A stretch of DNA of 64,000 nucleotides from Macrostomum hystrix. Its lineage: Eukaryota; Animalia; Platyhelminthes. Location: contig CATNEN010000025.1 in the NCBI GenBank assembly GCA_950097015.1, positions 124,001 to 188,000 of the forward strand, in the 5' to 3' direction. Each line of letters starts with the position of its first letter. Positions within the stretch are counted from its first letter, which is position 1. Below are positions 21,450-33,800 of this stretch, piece by piece. The notes below the pieces were generated by a model that saw only the letters and a list, made by a program, of their open reading frames with translations, was not told the origin of the DNA and did no database searches. The position numbers and the translations under genes are program-made.

Positions 21450-24400
21450 TCAAACGTACTCTTGTGAAGCAGTCTCCATCAGCCTGATAAGGTTGTTCAA
21501 TCCGAACATATAGCCGTCTTCGTGACTCCCAGGTGTCCATGGAATCGTGTGCAGCAGGCGACCATCCTCCGGCCTTGGCAGGGTCTTCGCAAAGTCAATC
21601 ATCCAGACGCCGGTGTGCAAATTCTCGTCGTGCAGAAAGAGCAGTGACGAGCCAATGAACTGCGATGATTGCGAGGCGTATTTAAGACGTTTCGAAAATT
21701 ATTGGTCCCATATAATTGCATCCGAAAATTTCTCTTTTTTCAGCAAATGCATTGCCTTCCTCGCCACTTCTGTCTTCGTCCTGTTGACGAAATACTCCTT
21801 GTTGATCTGGTGGTTGACTTATACAAAAATGTATTGTATCAATGAAGCGATTCCACCCCCTGACACTCACCTCATGTGTGGCAAAGAATTCAGACTTCTC
21901 TAGAGCAGACTTGAGATCGCGTAGCCTGGCAGCAAACGATCGCATCACAATGGAGTTGAAAGCGCAGAAGTAGTGTATAACGCGCAGCACCTGCCCGATT
22001 AGCGTAGTGTTAGGTGCCAATTGTACGAGTACTAACGGTCAGGACAGATGCACTTATCAGCAAGCATCGGTGGTTCAGTGGTAGAATGCTCGCCTGCCAC
22101 GCGGGCGGCCCGGGTTCGATTCCCGGCCGATGCAACGTTTTTCATATTTTTTTACTTTTAGCAAGGTCAAGAATTAATAATAATACCACAAATTAAAATA
22201 TCATAATTAATTATTTACCTCGATTTCCGTCTTCAGCGTCTTCAAATTGCGAGTATAGACCGAACATGTATCCGGGTCTCTTGTCTGTTTGGCGCGAGAA
22301 TATCATGAAGTTTTGTTACTAAGTAGTATAGTGAAAAGAAATAATGTATTTTTTACTAACAGACTGACCTTTATTGCTTCCAATCGAAAACCTAAAGAAA
22401 CAGTTGTACTCTCTTGCTCTCGAAACTAAAACGCAAGATTGAGATTGGCTACTGACATATACAATGTGCTAGTGAAATCATGTTTTTTTCTTGGCTGTTT
22501 GCTAACATTCGAGTAAGTATCGAAGAGTTTGATTACAGTATTTGGTGTACGAGACAATTAACAATCCAGTTGAAATGTCTTTAAGAGGCAAGAAGAATAG
22601 TTAATAAATACTGTAGGCCTATTCATTGCTAAGTGAGTGTGAATCAGTTTATAGATGTGAGTAAAGATGGAGTTGTGTGAATCAGAAGCATATATACTAA
22701 GATGCTTGTATGCAACAAATCGATATCAGACTTACCAGCATGTACCTCAGCTTCGTGATGGCGCCAATTTGCCTCTCTGCCTCCGTGAGTTGGTTCGGGC
22801 CGAGGGTCATCATCTTTTTGTACAGGTCGGGCCTAAGTTCCGGATTGTCAGTGTCGGACTCCAGAAAAGTCCGGCAGCCCATCTTCACGTCCATGATGCT
22901 GGGCCCGGTGAAGTGCTGCATCAGGTCCTCCAGCTCCAGGAAGCCTGTAGATCATACCAAGCGTGGTTTCTCAAACACACACTCTCTCTCTGTAGCATCC
23001 AATTGTAAACGAAAAATCTAAAGTTAGAATCGCGTCCTAAAACTACCCTAATTTTAGCACTCGACTCAAGAGCACACCTGAGGCTGTTTGCCCGCAGACT
23101 AGCTTTTTTGCAGAAATTTCAAGGATAACGAATGCCTTTATGCTTGAGCTCATGCTTGAGAAACAACTCAAGAAGCTGAAGCTGTTATTAAAAATAGAAT
23201 CTGCTCTGACAACAAAAACCTCTGAAAATCGCAGATTACTTTGTTATTGATTCGGTCGCGACATGCGAAGGAGTCAACTGATTTGGAAGTTGAATCGCCT
23301 TCCGAAGTTTCGTGTAACAGCTAGGTATCGCATCACTTAAGGCACCACCGTTTCCTGTGACTGCGTTGTAATTTTAACAAGGACAACTAGGAGAAGAAGG
23401 ATGGAAAACTACGTTTCTTAGAAAAAGTTTAGGAGGCCGCAGACGGAGATGACGAAGAATACACAGGATCATCATCAACTGGGGATCATTGTCAACTGTG
23501 GGATCATTGTAAACTGGGGGATCATTGTCAACTGGGGGATCATTGTCAACTGGGGGATCATTGTCAACTGGGGGTTCATTGTCAACTGGGGGATCATTGT
23601 CAACTGGGGGATCATTGTCAACTGGGGGATCATCATCAACTGGGAGATCATCATCAACGGGGGGATCATTGTCAACTGGGGGTTCATTGTAGCTCTAAAA
23701 AGCTGTAAATTCAGCTGCTAAAAAGTATATACTAGACGAATTAAAAGTTTTTCTGCTCCCCGAAGGGGGGCAAAACTTGCTAGTACTCATTACTAAACTG
23801 TTTCGATTTCTGACAAAACTTCATTTCTGAAAGCAACGATATCACTGATATCTGATCAGTGATCAAGTAAATAATTATTCAGGAATAAAGCTTTGCAAAA
23901 TTCGTTGGAGCAACATGTTAGGTAAGGTATTTCAAAAGAGGAGCTTCTATGGATCTGCTTCCAAAAGTGTGAAGAAAGTGAAAATTTCGAATCTCCAGAG
24001 TGTATGTTTCGGCGAAAATCAGCCTCCTAAACTTTTTCTAAGAAACATGGTTTCCCATCCTTCTACTCCTTGTGGTCCGTGCATCGTAAATAAATAAGCT
24101 CAATAGTTTATGGCATGTTGACTAATCTCAGAAGAATTAAAAATAATAAAAGCATAGACACGACTGGCTCACACTCTCCATTGAATTCTACTTCTCGATA
24201 GAACTTTGGCACAAAGTCGCCCAGACCGCTTTCTGGCTGCATCAGCTGTCTGTAGGCTGACAATTCGAGCGACTCCGATGACTCTCGACGCTTGAGAATA
24301 GTCCAAGGGCTGGCGACTGTGAAAGCACCTGCATTGATTTAAAATTGCTGTGTGTGTCAGAATTTCCCTTCCGTGCATTTCTGCCACTTCATGTATATTT

Positions 24401-26166
24401 AAGCATCCTATGACTTCCCAATTACTGAACAATGAAATAGCTGCTCACCCGAGTGACCGGACAGCTGCACCCACTCGTTCTTGCGGCCTTGTTCCATGAC
24501 AGCATTCGCCGCATGTGAGCTGCCTGTGAGCTGCAAATGTTTTTCAGTAACCAATGACATATCAGAATTTTTCTCAGCTAAGACTGAAGCTTTGAGAGTG
24601 TAGCCTTATCGCAGGCCTAAATTACCAACAGAAATGCACTTTTAACCTGGGCATAGATTTTGATGGGCCATGCAAACATTATTTAACCTGCCGGCTTGGC
24701 CTGGAGAGGTCGGTGGCAGAGGGGTTAACGCGTTTGCCTCTAGCACCACGGTCCCTAAGTTCGATTCCGCGGCGAGGCCACATTCACTTAAGACGCAGCC
24801 GCGGAGAGAAGGCTTGGGGGCTTGTCCTGTAATTTACGCCCTTGAGGGCCAACCTCCAAGGCACAGTGAGAGTGTACACTGCCTGACGATGAGAAAGTCA
24901 GGGCAGATGTACACACCTGTGTGAGCGTGTGCCTGCGTACAGTATCCGTGTGCGTGTATGCCCAGGAGTCAGCGAAATGGGCAGAATTGCCTCCTCGCTG
25001 GCTGCGGGTCTAGTGTCACCAAATGATGTCCCATTACCCGCAGTCCTGCTGCAATTATTATTATTATTGTGCCGGCTTGGCTCTGCGAAAAAGTACGGGT
25101 TCTCTCACCCCTGGCTCCTCATCAGCATGCAGCTTTAGGGAATGAGAAAATCTCTCATTATCAGTCTGAATCTGCTCACTGAGAAGGCTGCTCTTTGGCC
25201 ACACCCAAGCGCCGGCTTAGAAAGAAATGAGCAAGAAAGAAGGAAAGGGCAGTGAGAATTCTCCGGCGCTTTGGATTCGATTGGAATCCTGGTAAAAAAG
25301 CATGAGATAGCAGTCAGTGTTGTTAGCAAAAAGATCAAATAGAAAATGCCAACTAGGCTGGTGAAAGTGCAAAGTATGTCTCGGATTTTCTCTCGCTCAA
25401 AAAAGAAGCAGTTTTCCTGCAAAATTTTCGTTTCCTTCATTTTATTCGCCGAAAAAAATTTATTAGTGCATCGGCTATGCGCGCGCTCAATTCTGAGTTT
25501 GTCCGAGAAGTTCGTTGCCCCTTGTCTTTCCAAGGGCCAAGCTTCTTCGTTCGCGCGCTCGCTCATGCATCTTATCGAAGAAGTCGTTTCTTAAAAAAAA
25601 GAACCCACAGAGGAATCGTAATTTATGACAAGATGAAGTCTAGCCAGTCTCATGCCCGTTATCTAGCTTGGCTGCGAGGATCGACTCTTGGGACTCGCTA
25701 GAAACCGCACCTTGACAATGAGCTAATCCACATAAGGTAGGATGTGTTTCATGTATGCCGCACAGTTCAGCTGCACAACTATTCTACTTAATTAAGCCAA
25801 GCACTGAGGGCCACGCTATGGTTTATGGCTCACCAGGGCTAGCACGGAGGACTCCACACGCCATGATGCCTGCACAAAAACTCGGTAAATGTCTTCTTCG
25901 TCGCGCCAGTCATGATGGACTCTCGACCAATCTCGCTGCGAGGCCCTAAGCTCCGTCCTTCCCGTGGTTACCGTTGATATTGAATTTGATGCTTCGATGT
26001 TTCGCCCCGAGGCGGCGTCAGTTGCTGACTTTATCGCTCCTGTTGCTGCTGCAGACAATGACTCAGCGTATGCTGCATTTTCTATGCCATTGTTAACTGC
26101 CGCTTCCAACGATTGGCGTCGGCAGCAGCACCGATCGTGAATGCAGCTGCTAGCGCTTGCGCCCAT
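21450..26166 (-). CDS. IP3K: Inositol-trisphosphate 3-kinase (about 410 aa)
   Basis: Exons 26166-25834, 24530-24449, 24328-24173, 22944-22736, 22425-22369, 22284-22219, 21990-21871 and 21659-21450 all join in frame at GT-AG sites. Motifs EWVQLSGHSG, FLELEDLMQHFTGPSIMDVKMGCRTF, LGFRLEAIK, FFATHEFIGSSLLF, WMIDFAKT, HEDGYMFGLNNLI. The link of the first exon is less certain than the kinase exons. Confidence 0.92.
22064..22134 (+). tRNA. tRNA-Gly-GCC: tRNA-Gly(GCC), antisense within an IP3K intron
   Basis: GCATCGG...CCGATGC-A acceptor stem, TGGTTCAGTGGTAGAA A box, anticodon loop CTGCCAC, GGTTCGATTCC T arm, downstream TTTTT Pol III terminator. Confidence 0.97.
23378..24081. mobile_element. About 700-bp element with about 57-bp terminal inverted repeats (IP3K intron)
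   Basis: GGACAACTAGGAGAAGAAGG...GTTTCTTAGAAAAAGTTTAGGAGGC at the left is mirrored by GCCTCCTAAACTTTTTCTAAGAAAC...CCTTCTACTCCTTGTGGTCC at the right; a partial second copy lies at 31337-31545. No TSD recognised. Confidence 0.75.
23470..23690. repeat. 18-bp minisatellite (GGGGGATCATTGTCAACT)n inside the TIR element
   Basis: About 12 units, directly visible. Confidence 0.95.
24705..25020 (+). mobile_element. tRNA-derived SINE family 2, near full length (IP3K intron)
   Basis: Head with A/B-box-like TGGCAGAGGGGTTAA...GTTCGATTCC; body GGCCAACCTCCAAGGCACAG...CTGACGATGAGAAAGTCAGGGCAGATGTACAC...CAGGAGTCAGCGAAATGGG, shared with the 29590 and 31565 copies. Confidence 0.8.
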
Positions 26167-27104
26167 CTTTACTGAGGCTGCTGCTGCTGCTGCCGTTCTT
26201 TCACCTGTAGAATATGTTGAAGGGGCTGGAAACATGTGACGTACTAATTCTATCCTACCAAGAGCCTTATGGTCAAATCTGAAATACATTCATGGATTTA
26301 TATTGCACACACCATTAACCCACTCTAGTCATGCACCTCGATATTATAAAACTTACCTGGATTTGATCGCTTCCTCCAATACTGCTGCTCCAGTATTTTT
26401 TTAAGTTCTTTGAGTCCGATTGCGACCGATTCGATAAAAAGCTGGCTCCCGAAACTGGGCAGCGAGAGCAGTTAGCTGGGTGAGAGAGGGGTAGGCTAAA
26501 ATAGCCGCGATGCTATTTGGAGCCGAGCCCCAGGTGTGCCATTCTGCCCCGGGTAGCCAATGGGCTATAGGAAGGGTAAACAGGGACGACAGAGGGTGTG
26601 GTCCCCAATGGGATGGGCCTTGCTTCTGCCCTGCAGCCGCGCGGATCCTTCGTTTCACATTGGGCTGCTGCACCTGTTGGGCTATTTGACCATACTTGAC
26701 TCGCTTTGCCGTGACTGGAACTCATTCTGGAGAGGGCTCTGGTCACTAGAATACGATTCCGACATCTAGACTTTCATCTGAAATTTTAATTACGTTAAAA
26801 TTCCTAATAGCAACTGATCGATAATCATTTTTGGATGCCTTTGTGAATACAAAAGTACATCCAATGGCTTGATCCATGTTTTATATGGCGTGAGTTATCG
26901 AGATAGGCGCACCTGAGAATTATTTATATTTTCATACGATCCTGAGTCGGAAAATTTATTCGAGTTAAATGTGTACTGGCTATTGAGATTCAAATTACCT
27001 TAACAATCTGATATGCTGCCAACACGGCGTTTACCTTGTTAAACTTACTAAGGTAAGACACACTCGATTCCGGATATAAATTAATAATAATTGATTACAC
27101 CTGC

Positions 27105-27380
27105 CCCAATTGGGCTAGATGTGCAGCCGACAGCACAGCCGCAGCTATTGCGCGGCGCATCTGAAGGCTGCGTACAGCTGTTCAGTCCATGGACTGGGGG
27201 GGACGCCACACCCACCCTCAATTACCCCAGCTAATGCTGGTACCCAATTAGCAGCTGGGTGAACTGAAGCAAAGCAGAGTTAAGCGTCTTTTTAATGGGC
27301 ACACATTGTTCTAGTGGAGTCGGGAATCGAACCCCCGACCTTCAAGTCGTGATTCCGACGCTCTAACCACAACCTCTACA
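27105..27380 (-). mobile_element. SINE family 1, near full length
   Basis: Reverse complement of head and body; collinear with the 53055 and 38478 copies. Confidence 0.85.
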
Positions 27381-27519
27381 ACCTCTACCCGTTGCAAAGT
27401 AACGGTCTAACAGTAAAGCAAAAAAATCTAAAGTATGCTCTTTCATTTTTCCTATCGACTTGGCACATTCCAGCCACACAGGGATGGAGCTTCTCTGTGT
27501 TCTCTTGACAGGGACGGGG

Positions 27520-27705
27520 CGATGGTTGTCGGAGAGATAGTTGAGGGGGAGATGGTTGTCGGGGAGATGGTTGAGGGGGAGATGGTTGTCGGGGAGATTG
27601 TTGAGGGGGAGATGGTTGTCGGGGAGATGGTTGAGGGGGAGATGGTTGTCGGGGAGATGGTTGAGGGGGAGATGGTTGTCGGGAAGATAATTGTCAGGGA
27701 GATGG
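27520..27705. repeat. 30-bp (2x15) minisatellite (GATGGTTGTCGGGGAGATGGTTGAGGGGGA)n
   Basis: Directly visible, about 6 units. Confidence 0.95.
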
Positions 27706-27714
27706 TCTGGAAAT

Positions 27715-27960
27715 CTCCTCCTACCAAGTGCCGCACCAGAGCATCTTGGACATTGTTGATCAGAAACTCGACAATTTGATCAGTTAGCTTGATGTTCTTT
27801 TTCCCAGCACGTAAAATACGCTCTCGTCTTCCTGTCACCTCGAACATCAGACGAATGGAGTAAACTGTTTGCGGATTCACTCCTCAACAATCTCTCCACC
27901 AGAAGACCCTCTCCTGTCACGAAGTTATCAAGAAATATTTTGATAAGCCATTGTCTACGT
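27715..27960 (-). mobile_element. Possible Tc1/IS630-type transposase N-terminal (HTH) relic
   Basis: NPQTVYSIRLMFEVTGRRERILRAGKKNIKLTDQIVEFL resembles the T-Y-I-..F..TG...R.G...KLT pattern of Tc1-like HTH regions; upstream stops and frameshifts. Motif resemblance only. Confidence 0.4.
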
Positions 27961-28378
27961 TTATTAGTAGAGTGTTCTATGGTTGCCAAATTGAGCACTG
28001 GCTTTCTTAAATTGAACACAGTTGTAGCATTATTCACCAAAGGCAGGTGGGATGTACATTCAACAATCAGGGGTAGGCTGGGGCGATCGATAAATATTAA
28101 CTGGGGTGGGGCACGCTAGCCGACTGGCGGGGCAGGGAACAAGAAAGACATGAAAAATGATAGGGCAGAGGTGAGGGCTGCGTCACAACACCTTCAATCA
28201 GAGGAACAAGGCTCATATTTGTCGGCAGGAAGTAAATCTGTAAAAAAAGATTACAAAAATTATCACAATTTCCTGTGATATTGGGACCCTGGTCACACGT
28301 AATTAAAACCGATTGGCCAGTCTTGCTGTCAACATGTTTTCATGATATATATACAATAAACAATATCCCATTTCTCAC

Positions 28379-29292
28379 GCATCCCCGGATGTCCTTCGTG
28401 TGCTCCTCAGTGCGACTAATTTGCAACCAGAGCAAGCTGCAGATGAGCCCCACAAACAGGGTTTGGATGATAGAAAATACGGAAAAAAGCGTCGGTGAGC
28501 CAGGTGAAAGCTGCTGATTGTGAGCGCATTTAGCTGGACGCCCCCCTTCACTCGCGTCACTGGTAGCAGGTTCAAGCCGTGAGACTCATTAAAACTTTTC
28601 AATGATCTCGGGAGCCGCCAGCTTCGAATGTATCACATCCGCATACGATGTCGATTGCCTCCTCGTAGGTCGGATTCAGGTGACCGTGACTTGCGGAGGA
28701 GCAGTTGTCTTATTCGGTAAGGACGACTTCTTTTTTAGACAGAATAGACAAGCCAACAGCCATCATTAGCGAACTCAGCAGGGTCAGATCAGAGAATAGA
28801 TCACCCTGTTGTATGATGTGTTTCCTGATGCCCGAATAACTCTTCTCGAGATCAACTGTAAAGATCAGATTGGTATGATTTTACTAGAACAACTCAAACT
28901 TTAAACTTCATTTGAATACTACGACGTAATCGATACTACAAGCCAATCATCTTTGCAGTCAAGTTACCTGCAGTCAATCAGGTCGACCAGGTCGTCACTC
29001 ACGCATGAAGTCGGCCGGATTCCAGTGCTTGTAAAACGGCCAGTGCTCTCGAAATAGTCGACCATGTTACTATCCGGCCAAAAGCTTCTATAGAGCTTTT
29101 CTTACGGCTGGGCCCCATGACTGCTAACAGCTTGCTGCTCATGGCAATGACACTCGCGTCGTGACATACTTCTTTCCCTCCGGCAAACACGCAGATCCGG
29201 TCGGCAACAAGCATCAGACGCTCTTTCGCAAAGGATCCATTGATCTTTCCGTTTGTTTCCGATGCATTTTGGGGATGTGCGCCGTCGGACAT
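28379..29292 (-). pseudogene. Decayed tandem paralog of the ABCG gene, nucleotide-binding domain deleted
   Basis: Exon-1 homology (LVADRICVFAGGKEVCHDASVIA..LLAVMGPS) jumps to the end of exon 4 (ATGGTCGACTATTTCGAGAGC...CCGGCCGACTTCATGC|GT), then a frameshifted exon-5 homolog (28379 to about 28855); no later TM exons were found. Confidence 0.88.
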
Positions 29293-29589
29293 TCCTGCTC
29301 CAGAAATGTGATTTTTCACGAAGGTCTGGCCCAAACAATTAAACCTTGCGAATCGCCTAATATTTAGACTTTTCACTGACATATTTCTCAAAAAACAGAA
29401 ACCACACCACAGAGCCAATCTCCGCACTTTCCCGTAGCCCCTCTCCGTCGAAGAGTGCACACAATGCATAATGGCACAGCGTGCAGAAAACTAACTCAAA
29501 TTTGCGAACAAGTGAACTGCGAGAACCATTGAATTTTGCACCGCAGTTTGCGAATGAGTAAACTCACACAGCTTACTGTACTTACTTAC

Positions 29590-29790
29590 TTAAGGCTTGG
29601 GGGCTTGTCGTGCAATTTACGCCCTTGAGGGCCAACCTCCAAGGCACAGTGAAGTGTACACTGCCTGAAGATGAGAAAGTCAGGCCAGATGTACACACCT
29701 GTGTTCAGTATCCGTGTGCGTGTGTGCTCAGGAGTCAGCGAAATGGGAAGAATTGCCTCCTCGCTGTCTGTGGGTCTAGTGTCACCGTCT
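29590..29790 (+). mobile_element. SINE family 2, 5'-truncated
   Basis: Collinear with 24810-25020. Confidence 0.8.
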
Positions 29791-30829
29791 TCGGTGGTCA
29801 CCTATTTTTATCTAGACGGACTGCTGGACCTTCAAGGGCTACAAATGGTTAAACTAGGCCACTATGGACACCCTGACGCGAATTTCTCCAATTTCACAGA
29901 TCAAGCCTAAATATTAGACGCAGCTCAACCACAGGATACCATCGCCTAGTCTGTCAACCAGTCAGTCACCACCCGACGTTGTAAGAATTCGGCGCTGTCA
30001 AAAAAATTCAGGTGTAGCTCGTATAAAAGCGGGTGGCAAAATGGCTTGGTAGTCCTACTGTTACTAAAACAAAACACAACAATTAAGACATTTGCTGGCA
30101 AACAATTTTATTTTGTGCGTATAAATTCGAGTAAAAAATGTTCTATTCTCGAATGTATTTTCTAGAATCTGTCAATACTAAGCTTCGAAGCTAGGATTCA
30201 AAGCTCGTTGACAAATGTAGCCTCCAACTATAAAACAATGGAGCAACAGTGCAGCAACACAGAAGAACTTCAGGAAAAAAATAAGCTAAAAATATGTCTT
30301 ACAAATCAGTAGCAAATAATGACTTGCAATCTGAAGCTGGATTCAAAGTGCACTCTGGACTCTCGCTTGTTAACAGCTGTGGGGAATTTCAGATTTTTTA
30401 AGCAGAAAGAACTACTTTACGGAATAGCGAGTCATAAAACTATTTGTACACAAATGATAAAAACGTAAATGGCGATGAAAAATCTGCAAAGCATGTTAAC
30501 CCGATTTAATGACTAAAAACTAATTATGTACATACTTAAAACAACGGAAAGCAAATATTATTAAATAGTAAAGCAAGCCAAATATAATCAAACGATTCCA
30601 ACTCTCTTCTTTTGTTAAAATGAGTCTTATACGAGCGTATAATCTTATGGTCACATTTTAACAAATTTGTATTCTCTAAAACAGCTCTTTAACTGATTGA
30701 GGGTAGGATTTCAACAGACTATTGCTTTGTCTCTCATGGAGGGGCAGGTGGTTAAATAGTATCTAATAAAAATTTCCAACAATTTCCACAACAAGAACCT
30801 TGAATATTTTAATATTTTCATAGTGCAAT

Positions 30830-33800
30830 TTACACCTTCTTCATGTAGCGCAGCCACAGGTAGCCAGCAACGCGGAACGCAGTCAGAAACAGGATGATGA
30901 CGAGAATGTTGGCCCACACCGGTAGCGGCTGGTCCGGGAAGTACGCGATGATCTCGCTGGACGGGAATGTAGTCTGGTTCAGCGCATTCAAGTGTGTGCC
31001 GTTGAGACAGGTCGGGTAGGCGCTCTTCAGGGTGGTGGCGCACCTGAGTCATTTGAACAAAAAAAAATTTAGTAAAAAAGCCGCATGAACAATCATCATT
31101 CACGAAGAGGAACTCACAGGAAGTTTGGTGTGCTCCGCATTGACAGCAGCATTGTGTAGTGGTAGCAGTAGCGAATGAAGGACAGGTACCTAGCCCAGGC
31201 CAGCCACACCGGTATCGAGGTGGTGAAGAAGCCGCCTGGATGAAGTAGAAATTTACTAACAGTTTGAATTTTAAATGCCACTTTCCGATTTACATTCAAT
31301 TTTTATTTTTGATTCCTTTCGTCAGTCAGTGAAACACATGGACCACTAGGAGTAGAAGGACAGCAAACTACGTTTCTTAGAAAATAATTGAAGGCTGGTT
31401 TTCGCGAAAAAAATACACTTCGAAGATAGGAAATTTTTACTTTTCAGATTCAAACGGTGACAGCTTTTGATTGGAAGCAGATACCAAGCTGTTCTTTTGA
31501 TAAAACTTGCCTAACATGTTGCTCCTCCGAATGTTATAAAGCTTTTCTACATTACAATTTTATCATTTGGTGAAGCTAGACCCGCAGACTGCGAGGAGGC
31601 AATTTTGCCCATTCCGCTGACTCCTGAGTATACAAGCACACAGATACTGTACACAATCACACAGGGTGTACATCTGCCCTGACTTTCGCATCGTCAGGCA
31701 GTGTGCACCCTCACAGTGCCTTGGGAAGTTGGCCTTCATGGCCAAGCAAGCCGCGGTCTCGCCGCGGAATCGAGATCAGTGACCTTGGTGCGAGAGGCAA
31801 ACGCGTTAGACTGCTCTGGCACACCGCCTCATCGACCAACCTAATGTCCAATGTATCGATTTAATTTAGCGACTTTTTACCTTCCGCTTACTGTGACCAT
31901 AGATGAATAAAAATTACACCTGGCACCTGACAGTTTTTTCAGATGAGCATCCAGTGGCACAGCCGCAGCTACATGTATTGCGGCTGTGATGGCTGAGAAC
32001 AGCTGTACAATCCATGGAATCTACTAAGTTTTCGTCAGAGCGTTGACAAGGCAACTTACCTAACAGCATGGAGAACATCATGAACACAAACGCGATGGTC
32101 ATATTGGCCTTAGGAATGTCAGTCAGGAGGCCAATGAAGATGCCAATGCCCTGTGATGCAATAATATTCGTTTTCAATTAATAGCATGTGATAAGTGTTC
32201 ATCCGCTATCCGAATTCCGAGAAAACTTTCCTTACCTGGCAAGCCATGCTGTTGATAAGGATTCCGACCACGAAGGGAATGTACTCAACGCCTGTGCCGA
32301 GACCGGCGATCCAGTAGACGAGCGTCAGAGAGATGAACGGCATAAAAATCACTAGCGGCATCTCCGTGACCATCTTGGCCACGTAGTAGGCGCCAATCTG
32401 GTACATGCCGGCTCGGCGCTCGTGCTTCACGATCATGATGTCCTCGTGGACTGCGGATCAGTTTGGTGTGTAAATCATTATTGCTCTAAACTGGCAGCTT
32501 GCCTTGATTGAGACTCTACATAGCAGGAACAGAATGGCATACTCACACGACATAATAGCTTCAAATAGTGGTGCGAAACTGAGATTCGTTGTCAGGAAGA
32601 AAATCTAAAAGGCGATGGAGCATGTACTCATAAGACTAGGATAGCAATGTTCACAGCATTTAGGACAGCAATCAGGTATCATAGAATGAAAGCATCATGC
32701 ACTCACGCATCCCAGTATGTCCTTGATGTGCTCTTCTCTGCGAGCAATCTGCAACCAGAGCAAGCTGCAGATGAGCCCCACAAACATGGTTTGGATGATG
32801 GGAAACACTGACAGGAAGCGCTGGCGAGCCAGGTGAAAGCCTCGAATTGTGAGCGCATTTAGCTGCCGGCTCCACTTCACTCGCGTCACCGCAGAGAGCT
32901 CGCGTTCCTCGCCTCCCTTCTCGCCAACAACCACAGGATCTGCCATCTCCAGCTGAACATCTTCAGCTTTGCCGTTGGCTTTGACGTCCTCGTAGGCTGG
33001 ATTCACGTGACCGAGGTCCACTGCCGAGCCGTTGCCCTCCTTGGTCAGGTTGCCGTTTTCAGTGTGGCCTTCACTGCCGTTCTCTTCTTCGGCCCCGGCG
33101 CCCTGGTCTATTATGGCTCTGGAGCTGGCAGCCTTGATCAGCAGCTTTAAATTGTTCAGGTCGGAGAATCGCTCTCCCTGCTCGATGACGTGTCGCTTGC
33201 TGTCCGACGAACTCTTCACAATTTCAACTAAAACCAAATGGTAAATATTTCTAATTGTGAAATGGAATGATTTACAATGAACATTAAGTCCTCCGTCACT
33301 TTGATCTCTGGTGCAACTAACACTCAGGCTATACCAACTCTATAAGGGTTGGTAAATTATTCCTTCTCTAATGAGCATTCGTCACTCACGCATGAAGTCG
33401 GCCGGATTCCAGTGCTTGTGAAACGGCACGTCGATGCTCTCGAAATAGTCGACCATGCCGCTGCGCTTGCCGCTGTACGAGATGTGACCGTCAGTCAGCA
33501 GCAGCAAGTCGTCGAAGATGTGAAAGATTTGTGACGACGGCTGGTGGATGCTGGCAATGACGATCTTGTTCTCCCGAGTGGACCAGTTGCGCAGCAGGTC
33601 GATCAGCGTCATGGCGAGGCTCGAGTCGAGGCCAGAGGTCGGCTCGTCCAGCAGCAGCACGTCCGGGTTGCGCAGCAGCTCACAGGCAACGTTGGCTCGC
33701 TTCTTCTCGCCTCCGGACAGACCGGGCATCATGAAGTTTCCCATAACTGGGTGCGGGATAGGGACTTAATGGACTGTACACTTGTTCCATAGCAGCTTCA

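Noticed and set aside
24870-24920. Hammerhead-ribozyme-like CTGACGA...GAAA in SINE family 2
   Set aside because: Only 3 nt lie between CUGANGA and GAAA (no stem II) and there is no stem III/UH geometry; the sequence folds as a simple CTGAC/GTCAG hairpin.
26480-26600. Possible HDV-like ribozyme (GCCAAT GGGCT end)
   Set aside because: I could not assign P1, P1.1 and P4 consistently by hand. A covariance-model search would be needed; no support seen.
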